A DNA stretch of 57,163 nt, the filler included, from Candidatus Limnocylindrales bacterium (GTDB lineage Bacteria > Moduliflexota > Moduliflexia > Moduliflexales > JAUQPW01): assembly GCA_035559535.1 (NCBI GenBank). It is 6 parts of 6 records of this genome, joined end to end, with 100 filler letters (N's around TTAATTAATTAA, not from the genome) between each part and the next. Parts side by side here need not be neighbours in the genome. Positions count along the whole stretch, not along the records: positions 27,369 to 33,045 come from DATMBG010000028.1; positions 33,146 to 47,655 come from DATMBG010000030.1; 4 more parts are not named here. One strand, 5' to 3'. Shown here piece by piece: positions 30,147 through 39,549 of this stretch; within the stretch, counting starts at the first letter, position 1, and each line of letters starts with the position of its first letter. Below the pieces are notes generated by a model. The model saw only the letters and a program-made list of their open reading frames with translations. It did not search any database and was not told the DNA's origin. Made by a program: the position numbers and the translations under genes.

Positions 30147-32516
30147 TCAATTTTTTCTACAACAAACCCAGGTCCACAAGGCAGCTACCGTGCCACATCC
30201 CAGAAGGGTCAGCCAGGCCCCCAGCTTATAGGAAACAGGTTGGTAAACGAATTCTACCGTATGAACTCCTGGATCAACAAAGACCGATCGAATCAAGGCA
30301 TCGGTCAGATACATTTTCTTTTCCTGGCCATCCACAAATACCTTCCAACCGGGAAAGTAGGGATCACTTAAAACTAAAAATCCGGCATGTTCCAGGTGAG
30401 CTTTTATAACGATCCGGGTTGGGGTATATTTTACTATTTCGGCGGTGGATTCATCAACCTCCGGAGCCTGATATCCGGTCAACATGGCCGGATCCTCCAC
30501 CGATCTCTCTAAAATAATCCGTCTTCTTAGATCAAATGACGCTTCCTTCAACCGTTTGATGGCGGCTTCTAAATTCGGGACGATCTCGGCCCGATGAACG
30601 ATGAAGGCTCTGGGAAAGGCGTTTTCATTCCGATAGACACAGGCATCCTGCCAAAAAACCAGGGTAAAAAAGGGCGCCGGGGGAGGAGCTCCGGGGTTGG
30701 TAATGACATATTTCAGGTTAAGAAGACTGAAAAATCGATTTTCCACATCGGGAACGCTGATTCCGGTAATATAAAAATTTTTGTAAGGACGGATCAACTC
30801 CCGGACAAAAGTCACATATAGACTATTAAACAGTCCATCGATGGCACCAAAATCATCCAGCCCATATCCGCTGGCCGTGGTGGGAAACAAGAAGCCGTGC
30901 AATCCATAAACCCGGAAGACTCCGGGTTCCTGCTTGATAAATTTTATATGGGGAGGGGGATTTGCATAGGAGTAGAGTTGAGAGCGTTTATAATGGGCTT
31001 TAGGGAGCCAGATAAAAAGTTCTAAAATCAAAAGAAAACCCAGAAAGACCGGAAGGATTAGGTGGAGGAAGAGGGGTTTTTTCCATAGTACGCCGGTTCC
31101 TATCCCGGTAAGCAGACAAAGAAGAGCCGGAATTTGCACCTGTTGAAGGGCATAATCCAGCTTGTTCTGTTCTCTCAACACGGTATAGTGAAGTCCCAGG
31201 AGTAATACCAGGGATAGAAGTCCCAGGAAGGCCGAGAGGGCCAGATAACGTATTCGAATACGACCTTCTTTCCATTGCTGTAAGAAGATACCTGCCAGGG
31301 CCGCCGTAGAAAACATAAATTCGCCCGTAAAGTAGCGGGTAAAGAAGCTGACCCGAAAGATGGGGAGATAGCCCCCCACCCATATATGAAAAGCGGGCCA
31401 AAGACGGTAAGCCTTTAAGAGGAAAAAGAGCACCATGAGGGTAAAAAAGAGGGCTTTTCCACGAAAGGCCAATCCTTGAAAACCCAGAGCCAGGATCATC
31501 AAAACAACCATTATACCGATATATCCCGGAAAGAGTTGCCAGTTCGAGTTATCCCAGGTAGTCTGAAGGAGGGGACCCCAGAAATAAGGAACCCACAATC
31601 CAAATAAATGGGAAGGAGAAACGGCTTCGAGTCCTACCCTAAAATATCGATCATCATGGATGCCGAGATTGGCAATTCTTAGAAATTCTGTGAAAGGAAG
31701 TAAAGTAATAGCCGAAAGGGCAAAGCCTAGAAGAGTCGCCCCTACAAACCAGCAGCCAGAAGTCAGAAGCCGGAAGCCGAAGGTGAGAAACCTTACCTTT
31801 GACTCCTGGTTTCCAGCTTCTTGAACAGTTCGAAATAAAAAGTAAATTCCCGTATAAAAAAGAGCAAAAAAAGTCGGCTCCGGATGCCCACCTAAAATGG
31901 CCAGGCCTATGAGAAGTCCGGTTAAACTTAAAGTTTTTAGACCCGGATTTTCCACAAGCAGCTCCGATACGTATAAGAGACCGGGGAGTAACATGACGGT
32001 GTTGATGTAAACCAAATTAAGATTTAACACGAGATGACCGCAGAACATAAAAGCTGCAGCCCCTACAAAGGCGGCAAAGCTTTCCAATTTCAAAAAGCGA
32101 CGAAAGAACCAGTAAGCCAAGACCCCGGCAATGAAAAATCTAAGAAGAATAAAGAAATCCCACATCTTCGGACTGGGATTCCAGAACAGGAGGAAATACA
32201 GGGGGAAGAATACCGCCGACTCCATGATGGCATTGAGGGGAATCCCCAGGGAAGAATGGGGATTCCAAAGGGGAATCTGACCGCTTTTATAAATTCTAGA
32301 AGTCAACTGAATCAGGGGTTCATAATAAGCGGACGAGGATATGGGATCGATAACATGATAGGGTTTGATAGGAGGTCCGCTGGTCAATAAGGTATAATCT
32401 AAAAAGACCACATCATAAAAAAAGATCCCCATGAGAAGGATAAATCCCATAATGGCCCAGAAGTCTTTTTTAATCCTTGCTTTTTTAAGCTGAAGTATCC
32501 TGAATCTTAAAGCCAT
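30147..32516 (-). CDS. YfhO-like membrane glycosyltransferase
   Basis: PLWNPHSSLGIP, GGHPE and the C-terminal FLVLSDPYFPGWKVFVDG YfhO motif. Confidence 0.85.
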   Translation of the reverse strand: MALRFRILQLKKARIKKDFWAIMGFILLMGIFFYDVVFLDYTLLTSGPPIKPYHVIDPISSSAYYEPLIQLTSRIYKSGQIPLWNPHSSLGIPLNAIMESAVFFPLYFLLFWNPSPKMWDFFILLRFFIAGVLAYWFFRRFLKLESFAAFVGAAAFMFCGHLVLNLNLVYINTVMLLPGLLYVSELLVENPGLKTLSLTGLLIGLAILGGHPEPTFFALFYTGIYFLFRTVQEAGNQESKVRFLTFGFRLLTSGCWFVGATLLGFALSAITLLPFTEFLRIANLGIHDDRYFRVGLEAVSPSHLFGLWVPYFWGPLLQTTWDNSNWQLFPGYIGIMVVLMILALGFQGLAFRGKALFFTLMVLFFLLKAYRLWPAFHIWVGGYLPIFRVSFFTRYFTGEFMFSTAALAGIFLQQWKEGRIRIRYLALSAFLGLLSLVLLLGLHYTVLREQNKLDYALQQVQIPALLCLLTGIGTGVLWKKPLFLHLILPVFLGFLLILELFIWLPKAHYKRSQLYSYANPPPHIKFIKQEPGVFRVYGLHGFLFPTTASGYGLDDFGAIDGLFNSLYVTFVRELIRPYKNFYITGISVPDVENRFFSLLNLKYVITNPGAPPPAPFFTLVFWQDACVYRNENAFPRAFIVHRAEIVPNLEAAIKRLKEASFDLRRRIILERSVEDPAMLTGYQAPEVDESTAEIVKYTPTRIVIKAHLEHAGFLVLSDPYFPGWKVFVDGQEKKMYLTDALIRSVFVDPGVHTVEFVYQPVSYKLGAWLTLLGCGTVAALWTWVCCRKN

Positions 32517-33044
32517 TTATTTTTTATTCCTGACCCTGCCGGAATAAATCCAGATAGCGACCACTATTCCACATCCCAGGAGGGTCAGCCAGGCTCCTAA
32601 TTTATAGGATAGGGGTTGGTAAATAAACTCTATGTGGTGGGTTCCTGACTCTACAAAGACCGATCGGATAAAGTAATTCGTCAAGTAGAGGGGGGTTTCC
32701 TTACCATCGATAAACCCTTTCCAACCGGGAAAATAGGCATCGGTTAAAACTAAAAAACCGGGGTGCTCCAGATTAGCTTTTATGAGAACCCGATTAGGGG
32801 TATAGCGTATTATTTCTGCCGTAGAACCATCCACCTCTGGAGCGTTATACCCGGTTAACATATGGGGGTCTTTAACCGCTTCCTCCAGAACAATCTGTCT
32901 TCGTAGATCAAAGGAAGCATCCTTCAACCGCTGAATCACCTCCTCAGGATCTGATACCACAAAAGCCCGATGCACCACAAAAACCCGAGGAAAGGCTTGC
33001 TCGTTGCGATAAACATTGGCTTCTTGTTGGTAGACCAGGGTGAA
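32517..33044 (-). CDS. C-terminal part of a YfhO-like protein, 5'-truncated at the contig end
   Basis: Open from the contig edge (FTLVYQQEANVYRNEQAFPR...); contains FLVLTDAYFPGW. Confidence 0.85.
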   Translation of the reverse strand, partial: FTLVYQQEANVYRNEQAFPRVFVVHRAFVVSDPEEVIQRLKDASFDLRRQIVLEEAVKDPHMLTGYNAPEVDGSTAEIIRYTPNRVLIKANLEHPGFLVLTDAYFPGWKGFIDGKETPLYLTNYFIRSVFVESGTHHIEFIYQPLSYKLGAWLTLLGCGIVVAIWIYSGRVRNKK

Positions 33045-33045
33045 G

Positions 33046-33145
33046 NNNNNNNNNNNNNNNNNNNNNNNNNNNNNNNNNNNNNNNNNNNNTTAATTAATTA
33101 ANNNNNNNNNNNNNNNNNNNNNNNNNNNNNNNNNNNNNNNNNNNN
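33046..33145. other. Artificial contig linker
   Basis: N-run around TTAATTAATTAA. Confidence 0.97.
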
Positions 33146-35062
33146 GATGGAGGTAATGAGGCCGGTTTCTTCGGCCAGTCGGATAAAGTTTCCTGGGAGG
33201 ACCAGTCCCAATTCTGGGTGTTGCCAGCGGATCAAGGCTTCCACGCCGACCATCTTTCCGGTTTTGAGATTTACCTGGGGTTGATAGTAAACTGCAAATT
33301 CTTCTCGCTCCACAGTATGACGTAATTGAGCTTCCAGAACCAAGCGTTCAAGAGCCTTCGCATTCATGGTTGAAGTATAAAATCGGTAGCTGTTCCGGCC
33401 CCATTCCTTGGCCCGATACATGGCAGCATCTGCATTCTTTAATAAAGTCTGGGCATCTTTACCATCATTGGGATAGAAGGCAATCCCTAAACTTGTGGTA
33501 ATATGGAGTTCATGTCCATCCAGATAAAAGGGGGGTTTAAGGGTGTCCAGGATTCTTTGAGCAATCCTAGCCGCATCGTCTACCTGATGGATTCTCGGTA
33601 GGAGAATGGTAAATTCGTCGCCCCCCAGGCGGGAGATAATACATTCATCGCTTCCGAAGCGAGAGACGGTATCGCTTCTTCGTAAACAACCTACCAATCG
33701 TTTAGCAATTTCTCGCAACAACCGGTCTCCGAGGGTATGACCCAGGGTATCATTGATGGTTTTAAAGCGATCCAGGTCGAGGAAGATCAGGGCCAACGTT
33801 TGCTGGTTACGAGAAGCCTGGGCCAGGGCCAGATTGAGGCGGTCGTTGAAAAGTAACCGGTTAGGTAGACCGGTGAGGGCGTCATAATACGCAAGTTTCT
33901 TAACCATTTTTTCTGCCCGTTTGCGTTCGGTAATATCCGTCAGTGAGGAGATTACACCGGTAATGGCTCCCTTGGCATCCCGAAGGGGAGCTGCATTGAG
34001 GGATACAATCACTTGAGTTCCGTCAGGACGATGGATGACCTGTTCTACGCCATAAACGGGTTGACCCGTTCGTAGGACTTGAGTGAAGGGCCGCTTCTCA
34101 TCGGGAAAAGGTTTTCCTCGTAGTGTCGTAATTTTCCAATCCTTCATCCTCCTTCCCTCTTTTCCATCCTGGTGGAAGGAAAGCGAAGAGGCCGAAGAGT
34201 GGGATATTCCGTAAATTTTCTCTGCAGCAGCGTTGGCAAAAATAATTCGACCTTCCAGATCTTCTATCAGAATGCCATCAGCAACCGTCTCAACGATACG
34301 TGCCAGACGTTCTTCATTTGCCCGAAGGGCTTCTTCTGCCTGCCTGCGCTCAAACAATTCCTGTTCAATGGAGGTGTATAATCGGGCGTTATCCAGGGCT
34401 ATAGAGGCTAACTCGGCAAACCGGCTCAACAGCTTAACCTCGTCTTCGCTGAAGGTTCGATCTTCCTTAGAATAGGCCAGTCCGATCACCCCTACCGTCT
34501 GGGAATCCGATTTCAGCGGTACCGCTATAACTGCATGAAGGCCCTCACTTCTCATTTCCCCCTTACCCCCTCCTTTACCCTTCCCCCTGCTCTCCTCGTT
34601 TCCCTTCTCCCAACTTGGGAGGGGGGAATAGGAGGAGAGAGATGGAGAGGTGAGAGGGGGGAGGTAAGGAGCAGGTGAACGGCCCCACCAGGTCTGGTAA
34701 TCTTCCACAATCAAAGGCTGACCGGTTTGCCAGATAATTCCTGCGATCCCTTCTCCGGGTTTGAGACGGTGACCTGTATACCGGCTATAAGCCCCCATAC
34801 CTACCTGTAAAACCATCTCGGCTTCTCCCTCTTGAGCCAGGTAGATAAACCCATGAGGTGTTCCCAATAAAGCCCCGGCACGGGAAACAATGGCTTCAAG
34901 CAAGTCGTTCAATTTCAGCCGATTCATCAATCCCAGAGCCGTTTCGTGTAAAGCATCCAGATATTCATTCTGTTGGTTTAGTTTCTCCCTTACTCGCTTA
35001 CGCCGGAAAATTTTTTTGATGATTCGTTTTATCCTCATCTTACGAGCTCCCTCCCTATCCAT
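33146..35062 (-). CDS. GAF-PAS-GGDEF-EAL diguanylate cyclase/phosphodiesterase, 3'-truncated
   Basis: GAF (ASIALDNARL), PAS, DALTGLPNR, GGDEF and VEALIRW. Confidence 0.92.
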
Positions 35063-35137
35063 GCCTTTGGTACATCTTTTTCTGATTGAATATGTCGTTT
35101 ACTATTAATTTTCTATATGAAGAGATTACATCCTGGG

Positions 35138-35410
35138 TAGAGGCGATCCAGCAGGGTCATCCTCCTATAGGTAGCCCCCCCTCGGCTCCTTTCAGGGGTA
35201 ATTTTCTGACCTAACCCCCTTCCCCGCGGGAAGGGGGGATTCGTGAATGACCTGGGTTCCCACTCTCGCTTTCCCTTACGGGGAAGGGAAGTCAGAGGAG
35301 TCAGGTTTAAAAACCTGCCCCAGAAAGCCTAACCCCCTTCCAGGGGAAATTTAGAAGGTTACCTGCCGGATTCCTTCCTCGAGGGAGAAGAGGGGGGGTT
35401 CAGGTCGAAA
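35138..35410. repeat. Cluster of REP-like C-rich/G-rich hairpins
   Basis: CCTAACCCCCTTCCCCGCGGGAAGGGGG, CTTTCCCTTACGGGGAAGGGAAG, CCTAACCCCCCTTCCAGGGG and related units. Confidence 0.55.
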
Positions 35411-35560
35411 ATAAAGCTTTTCCCCTTCTTAACTGGATACGGATGGGACGGTCCCTATCCGTTATGCCACATTTCAACATTGATTTGGTATCATCCTTAC
35501 AGACAGGGCTCCTGGGAAAGGGCTAGGAAAGAAAATCAGGAAGAAGCTATCTAATGCTTC

Positions 35561-35662
35561 GTTATTTCTTTCGGCAGCCCTTCTACCCTGGTGTCAGAGC
35601 ACTTTAGGTCAGTGGCTTTCCGTCCTATGTTTTCACATAGTCTGGCCTTATCGAGAAATAAC
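35561..35662 (-). ncRNA. c-di-GMP-I (GEMM-I) riboswitch
   Basis: Minus strand GTTATTTCTCGATAAGGCCAGACTATGT-GAAA-ACATAGGACGGAAAGCC...CCTAAAG...GGTAG...GGGCTGCCGAAAGAAATAAC. It shows P1, a GAAA tetraloop on P2, the receptor in P3 and the conserved GACGxAAAGCC junction. Confidence 0.88.
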
Positions 35663-35703
35663 TTTCCATGCGCAGCTTTAAAACCTGTTCTGTTAAGATT
35701 AAC

Positions 35704-35719
35704 AGCAACTCCAATGCCA
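35704..35719 (-). promoter_or_regulatory. sigma54 promoter upstream of the riboswitch
   Basis: Minus strand TGGCATTGGAGTTGCT (GG-N10-GC). Confidence 0.7.
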
Positions 35720-36140
35720 AGAAGTTTTTAATCCTGAAGAATTTCTGTAAAGGAATTCTGAGAGTTTTATCTTCCTGGTTTTTTGCGTCTTATGGTTTCC
35801 TGAAAGGCGTCTAGAAATTAGACGTTTAAAACCCAAAACTTTCCGGATGGTCTCCTGGAACTTCAACCGAATACCTCTTTTAGGGGGAAAATAGAGGCTA
35901 ATTACTTTTCAGGATAAAAATACCGGGAATAAAATACGAATTTGATTGTTTTAACTAAAAAACAGGATGAGAACATCAAAATAACAACCTAACATAACCA
36001 GTGAAATCCGATGATGGTGATTCTTACCGGCCGTTTCCCACACAGGCAGGATAGTCGGCCGGGAGGAGAAAGAAACCCTTCCGTACTGAACCTGAAGATT
36101 TTCAGATGAGCCTTTTCCTATTCAACAAAGGAGGTGCGAG

Positions 36141-36881
36141 ATGCGACAAAATAAAAAGATGTGGCTGATACTACCGGCCATTATCATAAGCTTTATGGGG
36201 TCGTTTTCTGCCCAGGCCTATGAAGTTATGGAAGTTAAAGATGGAGGAACCCTAGAGGGAAAAGTAATATTTAAAGGAACCGTTCCTCCTCCTAAGGACG
36301 CCGTTATTACCAAAGATAAGGAAGTCTGCGATAAAGACGGGACCGGGATCAAGAAACTCCCCCAAATTAAGATATCCGGGGATAGTGGGGTCCTGGACGC
36401 TATTGTCTTCATAGACGGGATCGGCAAGGGAAAAGACTGGCCGAAACGGGAGGGAATTCCTTTTATCAACAATAAAAATTGCGAATTTGAGCCCTATGTG
36501 CAGGTGGTTCCTACAGGAACCGACTTCGAAGTGGTCAACAGCGATCCGGTTCTACATAACACCCATTCCTTTATCGATAAACGTACGCTGTTTAATTTGG
36601 CTCTTCCTAATCAAGGCATGCGGATTAAAAAGTCCATGCCTAAGAAACCTGAATTAGTAAGGTTTGAATGCGATGCCCATGGATGGATGTTGGGTTGGGT
36701 TTATGCTTCCGATAATCCTTACTATGCCGTAACAGGTGAGGGGGGAGCGTTTAAAATAGAGAATATTCCACCGGGTACTTATAAGGTTAAGGTATGGCAG
36801 GATTACGTGGGTACAAAAGAACAGGAGGTGACCATTGAGGCGGGGAAAACAACTACGTTAAATGTAGAACTAACTAAATAA
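36141..36881 (+). CDS. Secreted cupredoxin-like / carboxypeptidase-regulatory-like domain protein
   Basis: Signal peptide, NSDPVLHNTH and CDAHGWM (His/Cys/His/Met set), IPPGTYKVKVW. Confidence 0.8.
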   Translation: MRQNKKMWLILPAIIISFMGSFSAQAYEVMEVKDGGTLEGKVIFKGTVPPPKDAVITKDKEVCDKDGTGIKKLPQIKISGDSGVLDAIVFIDGIGKGKDWPKREGIPFINNKNCEFEPYVQVVPTGTDFEVVNSDPVLHNTHSFIDKRTLFNLALPNQGMRIKKSMPKKPELVRFECDAHGWMLGWVYASDNPYYAVTGEGGAFKIENIPPGTYKVKVWQDYVGTKEQEVTIEAGKTTTLNVELTK

Positions 36882-37028
36882 GAAGAAAAGTCCAGGATTC
36901 TGAACCGACCGAGAGTGCAAGCCTCTGCTTCATCCCTTATCCTCCTTTCCTGAAACTTCAGGAAAGGGGAGCAAAGGGGTGAGGTACCAGATGCTCGCAC
37001 TTTCGGATATGAATCAGGAGGGTAAAGT

Positions 37029-38123
37029 ATGGAGAAGGATAAAGAAAAACAAGAGCTTCGAGGGGATTCATCCTTTATGATGACCCGTCGAACATTCCTT
37101 CATAAGACCGTCGTAGCCGGTGTGGCAGTAGGTGCGGCCTCCGTCGGCTGGTTCCCTACCATCAACACGATGGATATTGCCCTCGGTGCAGAAACTTTTA
37201 AGTTTGCCTGGATTTCGGACACCCATCTCTATCCCAAGGATGTTAATACCCGTTTTGTTGAAAAGGCGGTTCGGGCTGCCAAAGAGGTTCAGGCCATGAA
37301 TCCTCCGGCAGACTTCCTCATCTTTGGAGGGGATTTATCCCAATTGGGTGAGAGGGTTGAGCTGGAGTTGGGTAGAGATATTTTATCCGAGATTACAGCC
37401 AAGAAATACTTTATCCCCGGCGAGCATGACTGGTATCTGGATATGGGGGAAACCTGGCGGAAGTTCTTTGGAGAGACTCCCTGGTACTTCGATCATAAAG
37501 GGGTTCGCTTCATCGGATTGAATACGGTGGCCTGGGCTCCGGATTACTGGACAGAGCGGAAATTGACTCCTAAGGAGCGGATGGCGGCTATGGCGACCCT
37601 GGATAGTATTATTGCGGGTCCCTGGGCAGCTGTAGAAAAGGAACAGCGTCAGTGGTTAAACGATAAGGCCTTATCCGGAATTTCCAAAGAAACTCCCATC
37701 GTACTGTTTACCCATACTCCTTTGTATGAGTACTATCCACCCTGGAACTTCTGGACTCGAGACTGGAAAGAGGTTCTAGAGATCCTCAAGCCGTTTAAAA
37801 ATGTAACCAATATTCATGGACATACCCATCAGGTTCTCTATAACGAGATCGGTAATATGCGTTCTATCGGTATGCTGGCGACTTCCTGGCCCTGGCCTTA
37901 TGCGCCCACGGGAGTGCCACCTCTCACCAAGCCCATGATTCGAGTAGACCCAGGAGATCCCTTTGATGGAGTTGGTTGGTCTAAGCTCACGGTAACCGAT
38001 ACCCAAAGAGTTGAAAATGAATATGTGATGTGGCGTAAACAGGTCTTTGCAGAGAGTCCTTCGGATCGTGGCGATGCCGATAACATCAACCAACGTCTGA
38101 CGCCACGTATTGTGGAATTCTAA
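37029..38123 (+). CDS. Tat-exported calcineurin-like metallophosphoesterase
   Basis: TRRTFL Tat motif; SDTH, GGD, GEHD, THTP and GHTH metal motifs. Confidence 0.88.
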   Translation: MEKDKEKQELRGDSSFMMTRRTFLHKTVVAGVAVGAASVGWFPTINTMDIALGAETFKFAWISDTHLYPKDVNTRFVEKAVRAAKEVQAMNPPADFLIFGGDLSQLGERVELELGRDILSEITAKKYFIPGEHDWYLDMGETWRKFFGETPWYFDHKGVRFIGLNTVAWAPDYWTERKLTPKERMAAMATLDSIIAGPWAAVEKEQRQWLNDKALSGISKETPIVLFTHTPLYEYYPPWNFWTRDWKEVLEILKPFKNVTNIHGHTHQVLYNEIGNMRSIGMLATSWPWPYAPTGVPPLTKPMIRVDPGDPFDGVGWSKLTVTDTQRVENEYVMWRKQVFAESPSDRGDADNINQRLTPRIVEF

Positions 38124-38171
38124 AAGAGAAGGAACCTTATCTTTCAACCTTTAGCCAAAGGAGGATGTGCC

Positions 38172-38633
38172 ATGATAAAACAAAAAAAACTCCTGGCCTT
38201 TATAAGTTTATTCATCGGATTTTTGGTATTTTTTTCGGCTCTCCTGTTGAAGGAAATCTGGATCCCACCCTCTGCAGAAGCTCATAAGGAACCTCATACG
38301 CCTCAACAGCTTAAAGCCTTCCAGGATCAGTTCATGGCCATGGTCATCGAAGGGGATAAGCTCTTTCATGGAGGGGGAAGTGTTAAACTCAGCAAGACCG
38401 GAATGGCCTGTGCCATGTGTCACCCCTATGCTTCGGATACACATCCCCATGAGTTCCCCAAGTATCAGGAGCAAATGGGAAAATTTGCCACCCTCCGGGA
38501 TATGATCAACTGGTGCATCGAAAAACCCAACGAAGGGGAGAAGATTGATCCGGAAAGTGACGCCATGAAGGCTCTGGAAGCTTATATTTACTGGTCCAAT
38601 AAGGGTTCCGTTTTGGATCCGGGTCGTCATTAA
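38172..38633 (+). CDS. Monoheme cytochrome c, SoxA/TsdA-domain-like
   Basis: N-terminal membrane/signal helix, CAMCH, FPKY...TLRDMINWC...ESDAMKALEAYI. Confidence 0.8.
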   Translation: MIKQKKLLAFISLFIGFLVFFSALLLKEIWIPPSAEAHKEPHTPQQLKAFQDQFMAMVIEGDKLFHGGGSVKLSKTGMACAMCHPYASDTHPHEFPKYQEQMGKFATLRDMINWCIEKPNEGEKIDPESDAMKALEAYIYWSNKGSVLDPGRH

Positions 38634-38710
38634 AAGACTGAAGAGGCTGGAAACAAGGGGTTAACCGGGCAGGTTTCTAACCTCGGGTTTCCAGCCTCCA
38701 GGTTGATGGT

Positions 38711-39547
38711 ATGTACCCCCTAACCCGACGACGCTTTCTCAAATTTTCGACCCTTTTCGGGATAAGCTGTAGCCTGTCCCTGGAGCCGGTCAAAACCCTG
38801 GCCGAAGAACAGATCCACCGGGTCACCGATGTGGATCACCTTACCGAGTTTGAAAAACTTCATCTTCCCAGGATTACGGCGCCTGATCTGACCGGAAATG
38901 GCCATGTCGTTCCCATTATCGTTGAAATGGATCACCCCATGGAACCGGATCACTATATTAAAAGTATTGAGATTCTCAATCGCAGGGACCCGGTGGTTTC
39001 CAAAGGACGATTCTATATGACCCCGGCCAACGGGGCTGCCTATCTCTCCACGCAGGTTCGTATGCATAGCGGCAGCTCGCAGGTGGAGGTTATTGCAGAA
39101 TGTAATCAGCACGGAACGTGGATTGCCCAAAAGCCGATTACTATCAAAGAAGGAGGGGGCGGATGTGCTACCGAAACCGATGCTCAACAAGAAGAAACCT
39201 TTGATATTCGTCCACCAACCCTTAGAATTCCTCATTTGATCGAGGAAGGAGCTATAGTTGCTGGGGAAATTATCAAAATTCAGGTAAAATTTAAACATCC
39301 TAGCCGAACCGGTTTAAAACTGGTAGACGGGCAGTTCGTTCCGGTTAAGCCCCCTTTTTATGTGAAAACCATGGAGGTCTTTTACGACGGAAATCAAGTC
39401 AGTTTGTATAAGATGACAGAGGCTCTCAGTGACAATCCATTTATCGGATTTAAACTCAGAATCCATAAAGAGGCTCCCCTGCGCATCGTTTTTACGAACA
39501 GTCGGGATCAACGGTTCGAGGTCACTGAGAATTTTAAATTCGGATAA
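38711..39547 (+). CDS. Tat-exported SoxY/desulfoferrodoxin-like plus SoxZ fusion protein
   Basis: TRRRFLK, EKLHLP, HPMEPDHYI, CNQHGTW, GGGGC linker, and the SoxZ-like KHPSRTG...ALSDNPFIGF. Confidence 0.78.
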   Translation: MYPLTRRRFLKFSTLFGISCSLSLEPVKTLAEEQIHRVTDVDHLTEFEKLHLPRITAPDLTGNGHVVPIIVEMDHPMEPDHYIKSIEILNRRDPVVSKGRFYMTPANGAAYLSTQVRMHSGSSQVEVIAECNQHGTWIAQKPITIKEGGGGCATETDAQQEETFDIRPPTLRIPHLIEEGAIVAGEIIKIQVKFKHPSRTGLKLVDGQFVPVKPPFYVKTMEVFYDGNQVSLYKMTEALSDNPFIGFKLRIHKEAPLRIVFTNSRDQRFEVTENFKFG

Positions 39548-39549
39548 AT

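Noticed and set aside
36000-36120. Structured leader upstream of the Sox-like module (CCGGCCG/CGGCCGG stem, CTGAAGA)
   Set aside because: I could not fit it to any riboswitch or hammerhead consensus by eye.
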